This document shows, piece after piece, positions 47,832-59,230 of a DNA stretch of 64,000 nt. A program made the translations under genes and the position numbers. A model generated the notes under the pieces. The model saw only the letters and a list, made by a program, of their open reading frames with translations. It made no database searches and had not been told where the DNA came from. The stretch spans positions 10,602,001 to 10,666,000 of the forward strand of contig NC_086108.1 in the NCBI RefSeq assembly GCF_963921235.1. The letters run 5' to 3'. Positions within the stretch are counted from its first letter, which is position 1; every line of letters starts with the position of its first letter. The stretch comes from Mobula hypostoma (taxonomy: Eukaryota).

Positions 47832-48693
47832 ATAGTCATAGTCATAGTCATACTTTATTGATCCCGGGGGCAATTGGTTTTCGTTACAGTTGCACCATAA
47901 ATAATAAGTAGTAATAAAACCATAAATAGTTAAATAGTAATATGTAAATTATGAAATAAATCCAGGACCAGCCTATTGACTCAGGGTGTCTGACCCTCCA
48001 AGGGAGGAGTTGTAAAGTTTGATAGCCATAGGCAGGAATGACTTCCTATGACGCTCAGTGTTGCATCTCGGTGGAATGAGTCTCTGGCTGAATGTACTCC
48101 TGTGCCCAACCAGTACATTATGTAGTGGATGGGAGACATTGTCCAAGATGGCATGCAACTTGGACAGCATCCTCTTTTCAGACACCGCCGTCAGAGAGTC
48201 CAGTTCCATCCCCACAACATCACTGGCCTTATGAATGAGTTTGTTGATTCTGTTGGTGTCTGCTACCCTCAGCCTGCTGCCCCAGCACACAACAGCAAAC
48301 ATGATCGCACTGGCCACCACAGACTCGTAGAACATCCTCAGCATTGTCCGACAGATGTTAAAGGACCTCAGTCTCCTCAGGAAATAGAGATGGCTCTGAC
48401 CCTTCTTGTAGACAGCCTCAGTGTTCTTTGACCAGTCCAGTTTATTGTCAATTCGTATCCCCAGGTATTTGTAATCCTCCACCATGTCCACACTGACCCC
48501 CTGGATGGAAACAGGGGTCACCGGTACCTTAGCTCTCCTCAGGTCTACCACCAGCTCCTTAGTCTTTTTCACATTAAGCTGCAGATAATTCTGCTCACAC
48601 CATGCGACAAAGTTTCCTACCGTAGCCCTGTACTCAGCCTCATCTCCCTTGCTGATGCATCCAACTATGGCAGGGCCATCCGAAAACTTCTGA
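47832..48693 (-). mobile_element. Young Rex1/Babar LINE, 5'-truncated, open RT C-terminal frame
   Basis: KFSDGPAIVGCI...LNVKKTKELVVD...YKYLGIRIDNKLDW...LYFLRRLRSFN. (ATGACT)n tail. Confidence 0.92.
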
Positions 48694-48783
48694 AATCGGC
48701 TGTGGGAAGGACGGCAGGGAGCTCTGAGAGCTAGTGGTGAAGGTATAGATATTGTGCCAATCTCTACTGGCTGCCCTAAATTA

Positions 48784-49151
48784 CATCGTTCGTCCATTAT
48801 GTGCCGTGTCATATGATGTGATCATCCTTGGCAAATTGTTCTACAAAAGTAGTTTGGCATTGCCTTCTTTTGGGCAGTGTCTTTACAAGATGGGAGACCC
48901 AAGTCATTACCATTACTCCTCAGAGGTTATCTGTCTGGTGTCCGTGGTCAGTGTCAGCGCTAGGACCTGTGGAATACACCAACTGCTCATATCATCATCC
49001 GCCACCTGCTCCCATGACTTCACGTGACCCTGGGGGGGTGGTGGGCAGCTAAGCAAGTGCCACACTCTGCCCAAGGGTGACCTGCAGGCTAGTAGAGGAA
49101 AGGAGTGCCTTACATCTCCTTTGATAGAGACGCATCTCCAGCTCGCCACCC
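48784..49151 (-). mobile_element. SINE-like element, copy 4
   Basis: Colinear with 29717-30104. Confidence 0.75.
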
Positions 49152-49600
49152 GTACAAACGTAGAAATCTGATGGCTGGGAGGAAGAAGCTGTTCCTCAGA
49201 TGTTGAGTGTGTGTGTTTAGGCTCCTGTGCCTCCTCCTCGATGGTAGCATTGAGAAGAGGGCATGTCCTGGGCGACAGGGCTCCTTGATGACAGATGCCA
49301 GCTTGCTGAGGCATCGCTCTTTGAAGTTGTCCTCTGTGTTGGGTAGGCTAGTGTGCATGATACAGCTGGCTGAGCCCACAAAGATGCAGTGTACAAGGGT
49401 TCATTGTCCACTCAGATATCTGAGTGTGTCTTCAGAATCCTGAACCTCCTCCTCGTTAGGTGACCATAAAATTAAATAGGTAGTTCAGAGGCTTGTGCGT
49501 TACTTAGCGACCGAGACACTGCCTTCAGATCCATTACTGATCACACTGAGTCAAAGGGACTGGAGGAACTCAGCAGGTCAGGCAGCATCCGTGGAAATGA

Positions 49601-49640
49601 TCAGTCACCGTTTCGGGCCGGAACCCTTCGTCAGGACTGA
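49601..49640 (-). ncRNA. Hammerhead motif family A, cleavage triplet mutated
   Basis: TCAGTC CTGACGA A GGG TTCCGG CCC GAAAC GGT GACTGA. Confidence 0.6.
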
Positions 49641-50324
49641 AGAACGGTGGGGGCAGAGGCCCTATAAAGAAGGTAGGGGGAGGGTGGGAAGGAGAAGGCT
49701 GGTAGGTCCCAGGTGAAAAACCAGTAAGGGGAAAGATAAAGGGGTGGGGGAGGGGGTAGAGTGAAACAGGGATAGGGGAAGGGATGGGGAGGTAATTACC
49801 GGAAGTTCTACGTTCATACCAAGGGGCTGGAGACTACCTAGATGGTATATGAAGTGTTGCTCCTCCAACCTGAGTCCACAACAGACAAGATCTCCCGGTA
49901 GCCACCCACTTCAACTCTGCTTCCCACTCCCATTCAGGTATGTCCATACGTGGCCTCCTCTACTGCCATGATGAGGCTAAACTCAAGTTGGAGGAGCAAC
50001 ACTTCATATACTGTCTAGGTAGTCTCCAGCCCCTTGGTATGAACATAGAACTTCTGGTAATTCCCTCCCCCTCCCTTCCTCTATCCCTGTTTTACTCTGC
50101 CCCCTCCCCCAGCTGCCTATCACCTCCCTCATGGTTCCACCTCCTTCTACTACCCATTGTGTTTTCCCCTATTCCTTCTTCACCTTTCCTGCCTGTCACC
50201 TCCCTGCCTCCCTTCCCCACCCCTTTATCTTTCCCCTTACTGGTTTTTCACCTGGAACCTACCAGCCTTCTCCTTCCCACCCCCCCCCCCACCTTCTTTA
50301 TAGGGCCTCTGCCCCTTCCCTCTA

Positions 50325-50362
50325 CAGTCCTGACGAAGGGTCTCGGCCCGAAACATTGACTG
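50325..50362 (+). ncRNA. Hammerhead motif family A
   Basis: CAGTC CTGACGA A GGG TCTCGG CCC GAAAC ATT GACTG. Confidence 0.65.
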
Positions 50363-50954
50363 ATGCTGCCTGACCTGCTGAGTTCCTCCAGCGTGTTGTG
50401 AGTGTTGCTTTGACCCCAGCATCTGCAGAGTATTTTGAGTCAAAGGGACTGTTCTCCTGTTCTATGATGGCATGAGTCCATGGCCCCAGTCCTGTTTACA
50501 CTGGTGGTCCAGAGGACAAGTTAATGGTCTTAGGAGAGCAGTTTGAAGGACATGAAGCAGCATCTCTACAATGCAAGGAATCTCACATGTGTGGTGAGTG
50601 AGCGGCATATCCTAATAGAAGCAGGAGCTGTGGCGGGAGGGAGTAATAACAGTCATCAAGAGGCAATCACTTGATTACGCCCTTGAAATCACTTCAGGGG
50701 CTCTGTTGCTTTTTCAATGGCAGCGTTAATGGTGGCTGGTTTTATTTAGCATTGAATCTTCCCTGTACTGCAGAATGTGTGAGCATGTGTGTTTGAATTC
50801 AGTCTGTGCGTCTCATCCTCTTCACTGGTTTGAACAATGGCAGGAATTTTCTTTTGTGTCTTTGGAAATAACTAAACTGCGGTCTTGGGGACAAAAGCCA
50901 CGTTAACCCAGTCTGTTCCATAGTGATAAATCATCTCAGGACAGCGTCCCAAAT

Positions 50955-51185
50955 CAGACAGGAGAAAGTCTGTAGATGCTGGGATTCCAAGGCAACTCGC
51001 ATAAAACACTGGAGGAACTCAGCAGGTCAGACAGCGTCTGTGGAAAAGAGTGCTGAAAAAGGGTCTTGGCCCAGAATGTCATCAGCTTATTCATTTCCAT
51101 AGATGCTGCCTGACCTGCTGAGTTCCTCCACCATTTTGTGTGTCTTGCTTTGGATTTTCAGCATCAGCAGACTTTCTTGTGTTTG
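50955..51185. mobile_element. Older inverted pair of Penelope family A ends
   Basis: AGAAAGTCTGTAGATGCTG...TGGAGGAACTCAGCAGGTCAG, mirrored by CTGACCTGCTGAGTTCCTCCA...CAGCATCAGCAGACTTTCT. Confidence 0.8.
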
Positions 51186-51279
51186 TGATGGTGCACCTTG
51201 GTCCAGAAGAACATTGTTTCATTTGCCAGGACACATATTTATAGTTGAATAAAAGTAAACCACCTCAAATTTCCTGTTA

Positions 51280-51630
51280 ACATATTTCTCCCCCACTCCC
51301 CCAACACTTCCTTCTATTCCCCACTCTGGCCTTTTACCTGCCTATCACCTCCCCCTGGGTCCCCTCCTTCTTCCCTTTCTCCCATTGTCCACTCCCCTCT
51401 CCTATCAGATTCTTTCTTCTCCACCCCTTGACCATTCCCACCCACCTGGCTTCACCTATCACCTTCCAGCTAGCCTTCTTCCCCACTCCCCCCACCTTTT
51501 TATTCTGACACCTTGCCCCTTCTTTTTCCGTCCTGATGAAGGGTCTTATCCTGAAACGCTGACTGTTTACTTTTTTCCATAAATACTGCCTGATCAGATG
51601 AGATCCTCCAGCATTTCGTATGTCACAAAT
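51280..51630 (+). mobile_element. Penelope family A 3' UTR
   Basis: Pyrimidine-rich UTR. GTCCTGATGAAGGGTCTTATCCTGAAACGCTGACTG near 51530-51565. Confidence 0.75.
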
Positions 51631-52054
51631 CAAATGCATAACAAAATATTAGGAACAATGGCGTTAATTTTTGGTCAGGATATCCGTAGGAACATAAGAC
51701 ATAGGAGCAGAAGTAGGCCATTCAGCCCATTAAGTCTTCTCAGCCATTTGATTATATCTGATATATTTCTCCCTCTCAACCCCATTCTCCTGCCTTTTCA
51801 AAGGCTCAATGATTCAATCCCTACAAACAGAGTGCCGATGGAACATCTGTTCTTCAATCGCTAAACCAGCCGAGCTGCTTTGTCAGACTGTGGATGGTTA
51901 TTCAGATAATCCTCGTGTGAGGTGTTTGCCCCAAGACACTTCAGCGCTGATCTTTGATGTGTTTCTGACTGACGTGACAAAATGTTAAACGTAGCTCGTG
52001 GTTATTTGTTTTAGCCTGTTCTATTGCTGTGACAGATAACTGGAATCAGAATGA

Positions 52055-52063
52055 ACACACTCA

Positions 52064-52140
<77 letters not shown>

Positions 52141-52159
52141 TCACACACACACACACACA

Positions 52160-52236
<77 letters not shown>

Positions 52237-52303
52237 ACACACACACTCACTCACACACACACACACACACACACTCACTCACACACACACACACACACAC
52301 TCA

Positions 52304-52341
<38 letters not shown>

Positions 52342-52377
52342 CACACACACACACACACTCACACACACACACACACA

Positions 52378-52415
<38 letters not shown>

Positions 52416-52449
52416 CCCACACACACAAATGCACTGACACACACACTCC

Positions 52450-52482
<33 letters not shown>

Positions 52483-52694
52483 TCACACTCACACACACAC
52501 ACACACTCACTCACACACACACACACACACACACTCACACACACACTCACACTCACACACACACACACACACACGCACACACACACACACAAATGCACTG
52601 ACACACACACTCCCACACACACACGCGCACACACACACACACACACACACATGCACACACACACACACAGACACACACACACAGACACACACAG

Positions 52695-52726
<32 letters not shown>

Positions 52727-52959
52727 ACACACACACACACAGACACACACACAGACACACACACACACGCACACACACACACACACACACGCACACACAG
52801 ACACACACACACACACACACTCACACACACACACACACACACACACACTCTCTCACACACACACACACTCTCACACACACTCACACACACACACACACAC
52901 ACACTCACACTCACACTCACACACACACACTCTCACACACACTCACACACACACACACT

Positions 52960-52991
<32 letters not shown>

Positions 52992-53011
52992 CACACTCAC
53001 ACACACACACT

Positions 53012-53042
<31 letters not shown>

Positions 53043-53069
53043 ACACAGACACACACACACACACACACA
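52055..53069. repeat. ~1-kb compound (CA)n microsatellite
   Basis: CA run with CT/GA/GC interruptions. The block AAATGCACTGACACACACACTCCC occurs twice. Confidence 0.98.
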
Positions 53070-53481
53070 GTCTCACTACTCAAACATACTTTATTTTACG
53101 TGCACAAGGAGAACAGCATGCTCCTGTCACCAAACTGTTCTGTACCCTGAACAGAGAAATGACATTTTTATGCAGAATTGACTAGCAGTTACAGATATTC
53201 ACCAATTGATAAACTATGTATGTTTTGAATTCTTTACTTTGCTCGAGGCTGTGCTTTGCAACTAGTGGACTTCTGTATCGGCTGCATTGATGCCTGGCGT
53301 TGTGAACTTCAGTTCGGAATGCTGTTTGCTTTTTTTATTGTTTGCACAATTTTTTTCCTCTCTCTCTCTGCAAATGAGGTGTTTGGTGGTCTTCTTTTGT
53401 TTTTAGTGGATTCCATTGGATTTCTTTGTTACGTGGCTGCCTGTAAGGAGACAAATCTCAAGCTTGCATAAAGTATACATA

Positions 53482-54502
53482 CGAGGGGTGATTGATAAGT
53501 TCGTGGCCTAAGGTAGAAGGAGTCAATTTTAGAAAACCTAGCACATTTATTTTTCAACATAGTCCCCTCCTACATGTACACACTTAGTCCAGCGGTCGTG
53601 GAGCAAATGGATCTTGGACCTCCAGAAAGTGTCCACAGCAGGGGTGATTGATAAGTTAGAAGGAGATGGTTATAAGTTAGAAGGCCTAAGGTAGAAGGAG
53701 ATGTGTTATACAGCTCTCTTTACATTCAAGTCAAGCCAAGTCACCTTTTATTGTCATTTCAACCAGAACTGCTGGTACAGTACACAGTAAAAATGAGACG
53801 ACGTTTTTCAGGACCATGGTGCTACATGAAACAATACAGAATCTCCACTGAACTACGTAAAACAATACAAAAACTACACTAGACTACAGACCTACCCCGG
53901 ACTACATAAGGTGCACAAAACAGTGCAGGCATTACAACAAGACAATAGGCACAGCGGAGGGCAGTAGGTTGGTAGTCCGATGGCTTGAGGGAAAAACTGT
54001 TACATAAATAAACAGCTGTACTCCTGCTGAGTATTTCGCCGGAGTCGGATGCAGTCCAATTTAATGTCCATTGGAGAGCAGAATGGACGGGAGAGCTGGC
54101 TGGCTAGGGCTTGCTTTTTTCCTGGCATGACTCCTGCCCACTCGCCTCGCTTCCGCTTCCTCGCACACCGCTTACGATGTCCCCACCTCTGGCCACTGGC
54201 ATCAGGCGACTCCGAGGGCTGATTCTCTCAGCAAGCCGAGGTCACGCAACTTAACCAGCGGCTCTTCATGAAGGTTTGTTTTCGGGCGATCTCTGTATTG
54301 TAGCAGTATCTGGCGATGGTAGATAGTCGCTCTGTTATCCATTGCCCTAAACCCTAATTGTGCCTTAAAATTAAATTAAAAAAAACTAAATTAAAGTAGC
54401 ACCAGATCCAGCACATGCAGTTCAACTCTTTGAGTGATTATGCAGAAAGTTTGAAGTTAATAACTCATCTCCTTAGGCCACGAACCTATCAATCACCCCT
54501 CG
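53482..54502. mobile_element. Non-autonomous mariner (irritans/Hsmar2-like TIR) with TA TSD and a nested retro-insertion
   Basis: TA+CGAGGGGTGATTGATAAGTTCGTGGCCTAAGG ... CCTTAGGCCACGAACCTATCAATCACCCCTCG+TA. Confidence 0.92.
53726..54410 (-). mobile_element. Internally deleted Rex1/Babar-type LINE (5' end fused to 3' end)
   Basis: RKRCARKRKRGEWAGV / PALPSILLSN / IKLDCIRLRR (start of ORF) joined directly to NSFFPQAIGL (end of ORF). 3' UTR, AATAAAA and (CTTGA)n tail follow. Confidence 0.7.
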
Positions 54503-55069
54503 TACTTCAAAAATCAATGTACTCTGAATTTATGAACTTGGGCATATTGGCAAGAACAATCCTGATTCACAACAGAGGTGTTAAAAAACTATAAGCTGAC
54601 CACCGATGATTCTTTGAAGCTAGTAAATTAATTGTCCCTTAGTTAGTATGTGTATGCGGCTTGGATCACTTATCTCGTCTCCAGACCCATGGTTGGCAAA
54701 GGGAAGCTATGCTCTTCAAAGACATTTTCCTGCCTGCCTCGCCTGTACTGTCTCTGCAGGATATCCTTGCCTGGACTTTGCCCTTCCACAGCACACACAG
54801 TATCACCTAGCAGTCCGTTCTTCCTTTGTTATTTTTCCTTGTTTCTTTATTTGGCTGTGGAAGTTCATCCCAGGACAGTATTTCTTGTCCATCCTGACTT
54901 AGAGAGTGTGTAGAGGAGATTTACCCAGATGTTGCCTGGATTAAATAGCATGTCTTGGGAGGAAAGAATGGAGGCGAGGACTTTTCTCTTTGGTGCACAG
55001 GAGGAAGAGATGTTACTTGATATATACATGCATATATACTATGATAACATGCATAGATCATCTTTGGTA

Positions 55070-56045
55070 ACACACACACAAAATGCTGGAGGAACTCAGC
55101 AGGTCAGCCGACAGCTATGGAAATGAATAAACAGTTGATGTTTCGGGCTGAGACCCTTCATCGGGACTGAGAAGGAAGGAGGAAAGTGACAGAATAAAGA
55201 GGTGTGGGGAGGGCAAGGAGGGCAGCTGGGAGGTGATAGGTCAAGCCAGGTGGGTGGGAAAGGTAAAGGGCTGGAGAGGAGAGTAGGCCATAGGAGAAAG
55301 AGAAGGAAAAGGGGCACAGGGGGAGGTGATAGGTAGGTGTGAAGAAATAAGAGGTCGGAGTAGGTAATAGAAGAGGGAGGGGAAGGAATTTTTTAATGGA
55401 AGGAGAAGTCGATATTTATGCCATCGGATCGAAAGATCAGGTATTGCTCCTCCACCCTGATGAAGTCCTCATCTTGGCACAAAAGGAGACCATGGACCAA
55501 CATGTCGGGATGGTAATGAGGATCAGAATTAAAATGTTTGGCCACCAGGAAATTCTACTTCTAGCAGATGGATCGGAAGTGCTCGATGAAGCAGTCCCCC
55601 CCCCCCGCCCGATTTACAACAGGTCTCACGAATATAGAGGAGGCCACATCAGGAGCACCAGACACAATAGACGACTCCAACAGATTCGCAGGTGAAGTGT
55701 TGCCTCACCTGGAAGGACTGGTTGGGGCCCTGAATGAAGATGAAGGAGGAGGTGAATGAGCAGGTGTAGCCTTTTGGCCACTTGCAGGTATAAGTGCTGG
55801 GGGGGAGGGGAGATTAGTGGGGAGGAACAAACGGGCACCCACAGAGAGAGGAGGGAAGTAAGGATGTGTTTGGTGGTAAAATTCCTTTGGAGATAGTGGA
55901 AGTTGTGGGGAAGGGACAAACGGGCACCCACAGAGAGAGGAGGGAAGTAAGGATGTGTTTGGTGGTAAAATTCCTTTGGAGATAGTGGAAGTTGTGGGGA
56001 AGGGTGTGCTGGATGCAAAGTCTCATGGGGTGTTAGATAAGGACA
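55070..56045 (-). mobile_element. Penelope family A 3' ~1 kb with an internal 89-bp tandem duplication (55827-56004)
   Basis: GIY-YIG relic (FTCESVGVVYCVWCS*CGLLY). Terminal motif. Degenerate hammerhead at 55131-55170. Confidence 0.85.
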
Positions 56046-56294
56046 AGAGGATCTCCACACCTGTACTAGTGATATAAAAGACAAGCAGGCAATTAATTGT
56101 TTAGCTGCAAAGAAAGTGACAATTAAACAGTCTAATCCAACAAGATGTTATCAGGAAGTATGTGCTGGGATTTAGACCCAGTGACCTAGTGATGGTGGAA
56201 GACTGTTGGATAGATTTCCATGTCAAGGTAGTGTGTAGCATAGAAGAGAACCTGAAGGTGGTGCTTTGCCCCCTTTGCTCACTGCCCTCGGTCC

Positions 56295-56795
56295 ATCGGA
56301 AGAATGAGGGGAAAATCTCATTGAAACTTTTCGACTGTTGAAAGGCCTTGACAGAATGGATGTGGAGAGGATGTTTCTTATGGTGAGGAGAGTCTAAGAC
56401 CAGAGGGTACAGCCTCAGAATAGAGGGGAGTTCTAGAACAGAAATGAGGACAAATCTGTTTAGCAAGAGAGTGGTAGGCTGTGGAGGCCGCACGATTGAT
56501 CCTGTTTGCAGTTACTATTCTAAAGGTTTGCTGAGTATGCCCACAGGAAAATGAATCTCAGGATTGTATATGGTGAAATGTACGTACTTTGATCAAAAAT
56601 TTAACTTCTGAACTTTATTATTTAAGACAAAGGTTGATAGATTCTTGATTAATCAAGGCATGAAGGGATATGGAGAGAAGGCAGGAGACTTGGACTGAGA
56701 GGGAAAATGGATCAGCCATGATGAAATAGTGGAGCAGACTCGATGGGCCAAATGGCCTAATTCTGCTCCTATATCTTGTGTTCTTATGGTCTTAT
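56295..56795 (+). mobile_element. Old CR1 3' fragment
   Basis: CAGCCTCAGAATAGAGGGG, followed by a CR1 3' UTR. Confidence 0.75.
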
Positions 56796-57619
56796 CAGGG
56801 TCAGGAGGTGTAGTTGGTGATTAATAGCAGTGCACTTTGTAAATAGTACAGATTACAATGACTGTAGTGTGTACCACTACAGTGTACAGTCTACAGTGAA
56901 GTAGTGGAGTGGGGGGAGAGTGAACATGGAGGATAATGGATGGAGGCACCAATCTCACAGAAAGAGTTAGCTGGACACTAACTCAGTGTTGCCTCCAATT
57001 GGTTGAAAGCAATAATCCGCCCTCTGAACATGGAGGCCTAACTGACACGCTGTGTGAGAAATCCAAATTAAACATCGGATGCCCTGTTGTCTTACAAGTC
57101 TTAACATCTCCCCACGTAAGGGAGGTTGGTGTTGGTAACTAACCCATTGGCTGATATACAGTCATCGAGACGGCACAGAAACAGGCCCTTCAGCCCATCT
57201 AGTCTATGCCAAGCCACTTAAACTGCCTACTCCCATTGACCTGCACCGGAACCGTAGCCTGCTATACCCCTGCCATCCATGTACTGAGCCAAGCTTCTCC
57301 TAAACATTGAACGTTGAAATGTTGAGAAGGTGGATGAGGATCCAGCTGGTTAGTTACTTCAGGAACCTAGCTACTTTTAAAGATTAACTATATTTGTTAC
57401 ATGTACATCGAAACAGCAAAACACACCAGAGGTGAGAGTGTGGAACGAACTTTCAGAGGCTGAAGAACCTGTTTTTGTGCTGTGGTGTTGTATGACTCCA
57501 TAAAGTGAAATGTAACATTTTACGTCAAATTGCATCAGAGAGGATTGTGTTGCTGTGCCTTTGGAGCCAAAATAACATGCCCTCAACATACCAACCCTAA
57601 CCCTAATCTCACTTCTATA

Positions 57620-58040
57620 GATGTGCAGTGGAGTATAAGCCAACTGGTTGCATCATGGCCTTTGAATAGAAAATCCTACACAAAGTAATGGATACAGCCC
57701 AGTCCATCATGAGTAAAGCCCTCTCAACCATTAAGCACATCTACATGAAATGCAGTCACATGAAAGCAGCATCCATCATCAAGGACCCCCACCACCCAGG
57801 CCATGCTCTCTTCTCACTGCTGCCATCAGGAAGAAGGCACAGGAGCCTCAGGACTCACACCACCAGGTTCCGGAACAGTTATTAACTCATAATCATCAGC
57901 TCTTGAAACAGGGGATAACTACACTCAACCTCACTCACCCCACCACTGAACTGTTCCTACAACCAATGGACCCACTCCGCAAGACTCTCCATTGTGTGTT
58001 CTCAATATTTATTGTTTATTTATTTACTATTATTTTGACT
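57620..58040 (+). mobile_element. Rex1/Babar-like LINE 3' fragment
   Basis: KAASIIKDPHHPGHALFSLLPSGRRHRSLRTHTTRFRNSY. Confidence 0.85.
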
Positions 58041-58189
58041 TATTTTACATCAGCGGGAATTGAACCTTGTTCTGTAATAGCATCCTACCATGCTGCCTTA
58101 ATCTGCGAAAAAATCAACACCCTCATTACAACACACATCAAAGTTGCTGGTGAACGCAGCAGGCCAGGCAGCATCTCTAGGAAGAGGCG

Positions 58190-58227
58190 CAGTCGACGTT
58201 TCAGGCCGAGACCCTTCGTCAGGACTA
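58190..58227 (-). ncRNA. Intact minimal hammerhead motif family A (minus-strand copy)
   Basis: Reverse complement of 58301-58338. Confidence 0.78.
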
Positions 58228-58300
58228 ACTGAAGGAAGAGTGAGTTCGTCAGGACTAACTGAAGGAAGAGTGAGTAAGGGATACTCACTCTTCCTTCAGT

Positions 58301-58338
58301 TAGTCCTGACGAAGGGTCTCGGCCTGAAACGTCGACTG
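58301..58338 (+). ncRNA. Intact minimal type I hammerhead motif family A; predicted cleavage after C58333
   Basis: TAGTC CTGACGA AGG GTCTCGG CCT GAAAC GTC GACTG. All core nucleotides present. Helix III reduced to the palindrome ACGT. Confidence 0.8.
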
Positions 58339-58639
58339 CGCCTCTTCCTAGAGATGCTGCCTGGCCTGCTGCGTTCACCAGCAACTTTGATGTGTGTTGC
58401 TTGAATTTCCAGCATCTGCAGAATTCCTGTTGTTTGCGTTTAAACACCCTCATTACCTAGAACTTGAAAGAGACTCTTTGAGCCCTTGAAACTGTTCACC
58501 CTTTTAGATAGATCGTGGCTGTAATCTACCTCAACTCTCTCCAGCCACCTCAGTTCCACAGCCATTGACAAACGCATACCCCAACTCTACACAAACAGCA
58601 GTGAACGTAGCTTCCCATTAATCTCCAGGCTCTGCAAAG

Positions 58640-59230
58640 TCCTGAAGTAAGAATGCAATGTTGAGGTTTTATAAAACACTGGCGAGGCCTCACTTGGAGT
58701 ATTGTGAGCAGTTTTGGGCCCCTTTTCCCAGAAAGGATGTGCTGACATTGGAGACAGTTCAAAGGAGGTTCACGAAAACGATTCTGGGATTGGAAGGTTT
58801 GTCATATGAGGAGCATTTGATGGCCCTGGGACTGTACTCACTGGAATTCTGAAGAATGGGGGATGACCTCATTGAAACCTATCGAATGTTGATGGAGTGC
58901 ATGTTTCTCATGGCGGAGGAGACTGAGACCAAAGGACATATCGTCAGAATAGGGATGCGTCCTTTCATAATAGAGATGAGGAGGAATTTCTTTAGCCAGG
59001 GAGTGGTGAATCTGTGGAATTTGTTGCCACAGCTGGCAATGTAGGCCAAGTCACTGGGTATATTTGAGGCAGAGATTGATAGTTTCTTGATTAGTCAGGG
59101 CATGAAGAGATATGGGGAGAGGGCAGGAGGCTGGGGCGGAGAGGGAAAATGGATCAGCCACGATGAAATGGCAGAGCAGACTTGATGGGCTGAATGGCCT
59201 AATTCTGCTCCCCTATCATATGGTCCTATG
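58640..59230 (+). mobile_element. CR1 3' fragment
   Basis: LRFYKTLARPHLEYCEQFWAP...RNFFSQGVVNLWNLLP. Confidence 0.9.

Larger units (their letters stand above)
49563..50435. mobile_element. Inverted pair of Penelope family A 3' ends with 16-bp TSD
   Basis: TSD TGAGTCAAAGGGACTG at 49547-49562 and 50436-50451. Left arm (-) ~49563-49875, right arm (+) ~49876-50435. Both encode LEEQHFIY.LGSLQPLGMN. Confidence 0.9.
58129..58442. mobile_element. Very young fold-back insertion of Penelope family A ends with 14-bp TSD
   Basis: TSD AACACCCTCATTAC at 58116-58129 and 58443-58456. Arms 58129-58245 and 58283-58399 are exact reverse complements. 30-bp tandem duplication at the centre. Confidence 0.95.

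Noticed and set aside
47973..48812. 279-aa ORF as a gene
   Set aside because: It is a 5'-truncated Rex1/Babar RT C-terminus with a fortuitous leader, and the catalytic DD reads DG.
52029..53181. His/Thr- and Cys/Val-rich ORFs
   Set aside because: Translations of the CA microsatellite.
55827..56004. 89-bp tandem duplication as a functional repeat
   Set aside because: It lies inside a decayed Penelope coding relic and is a simple local duplication.
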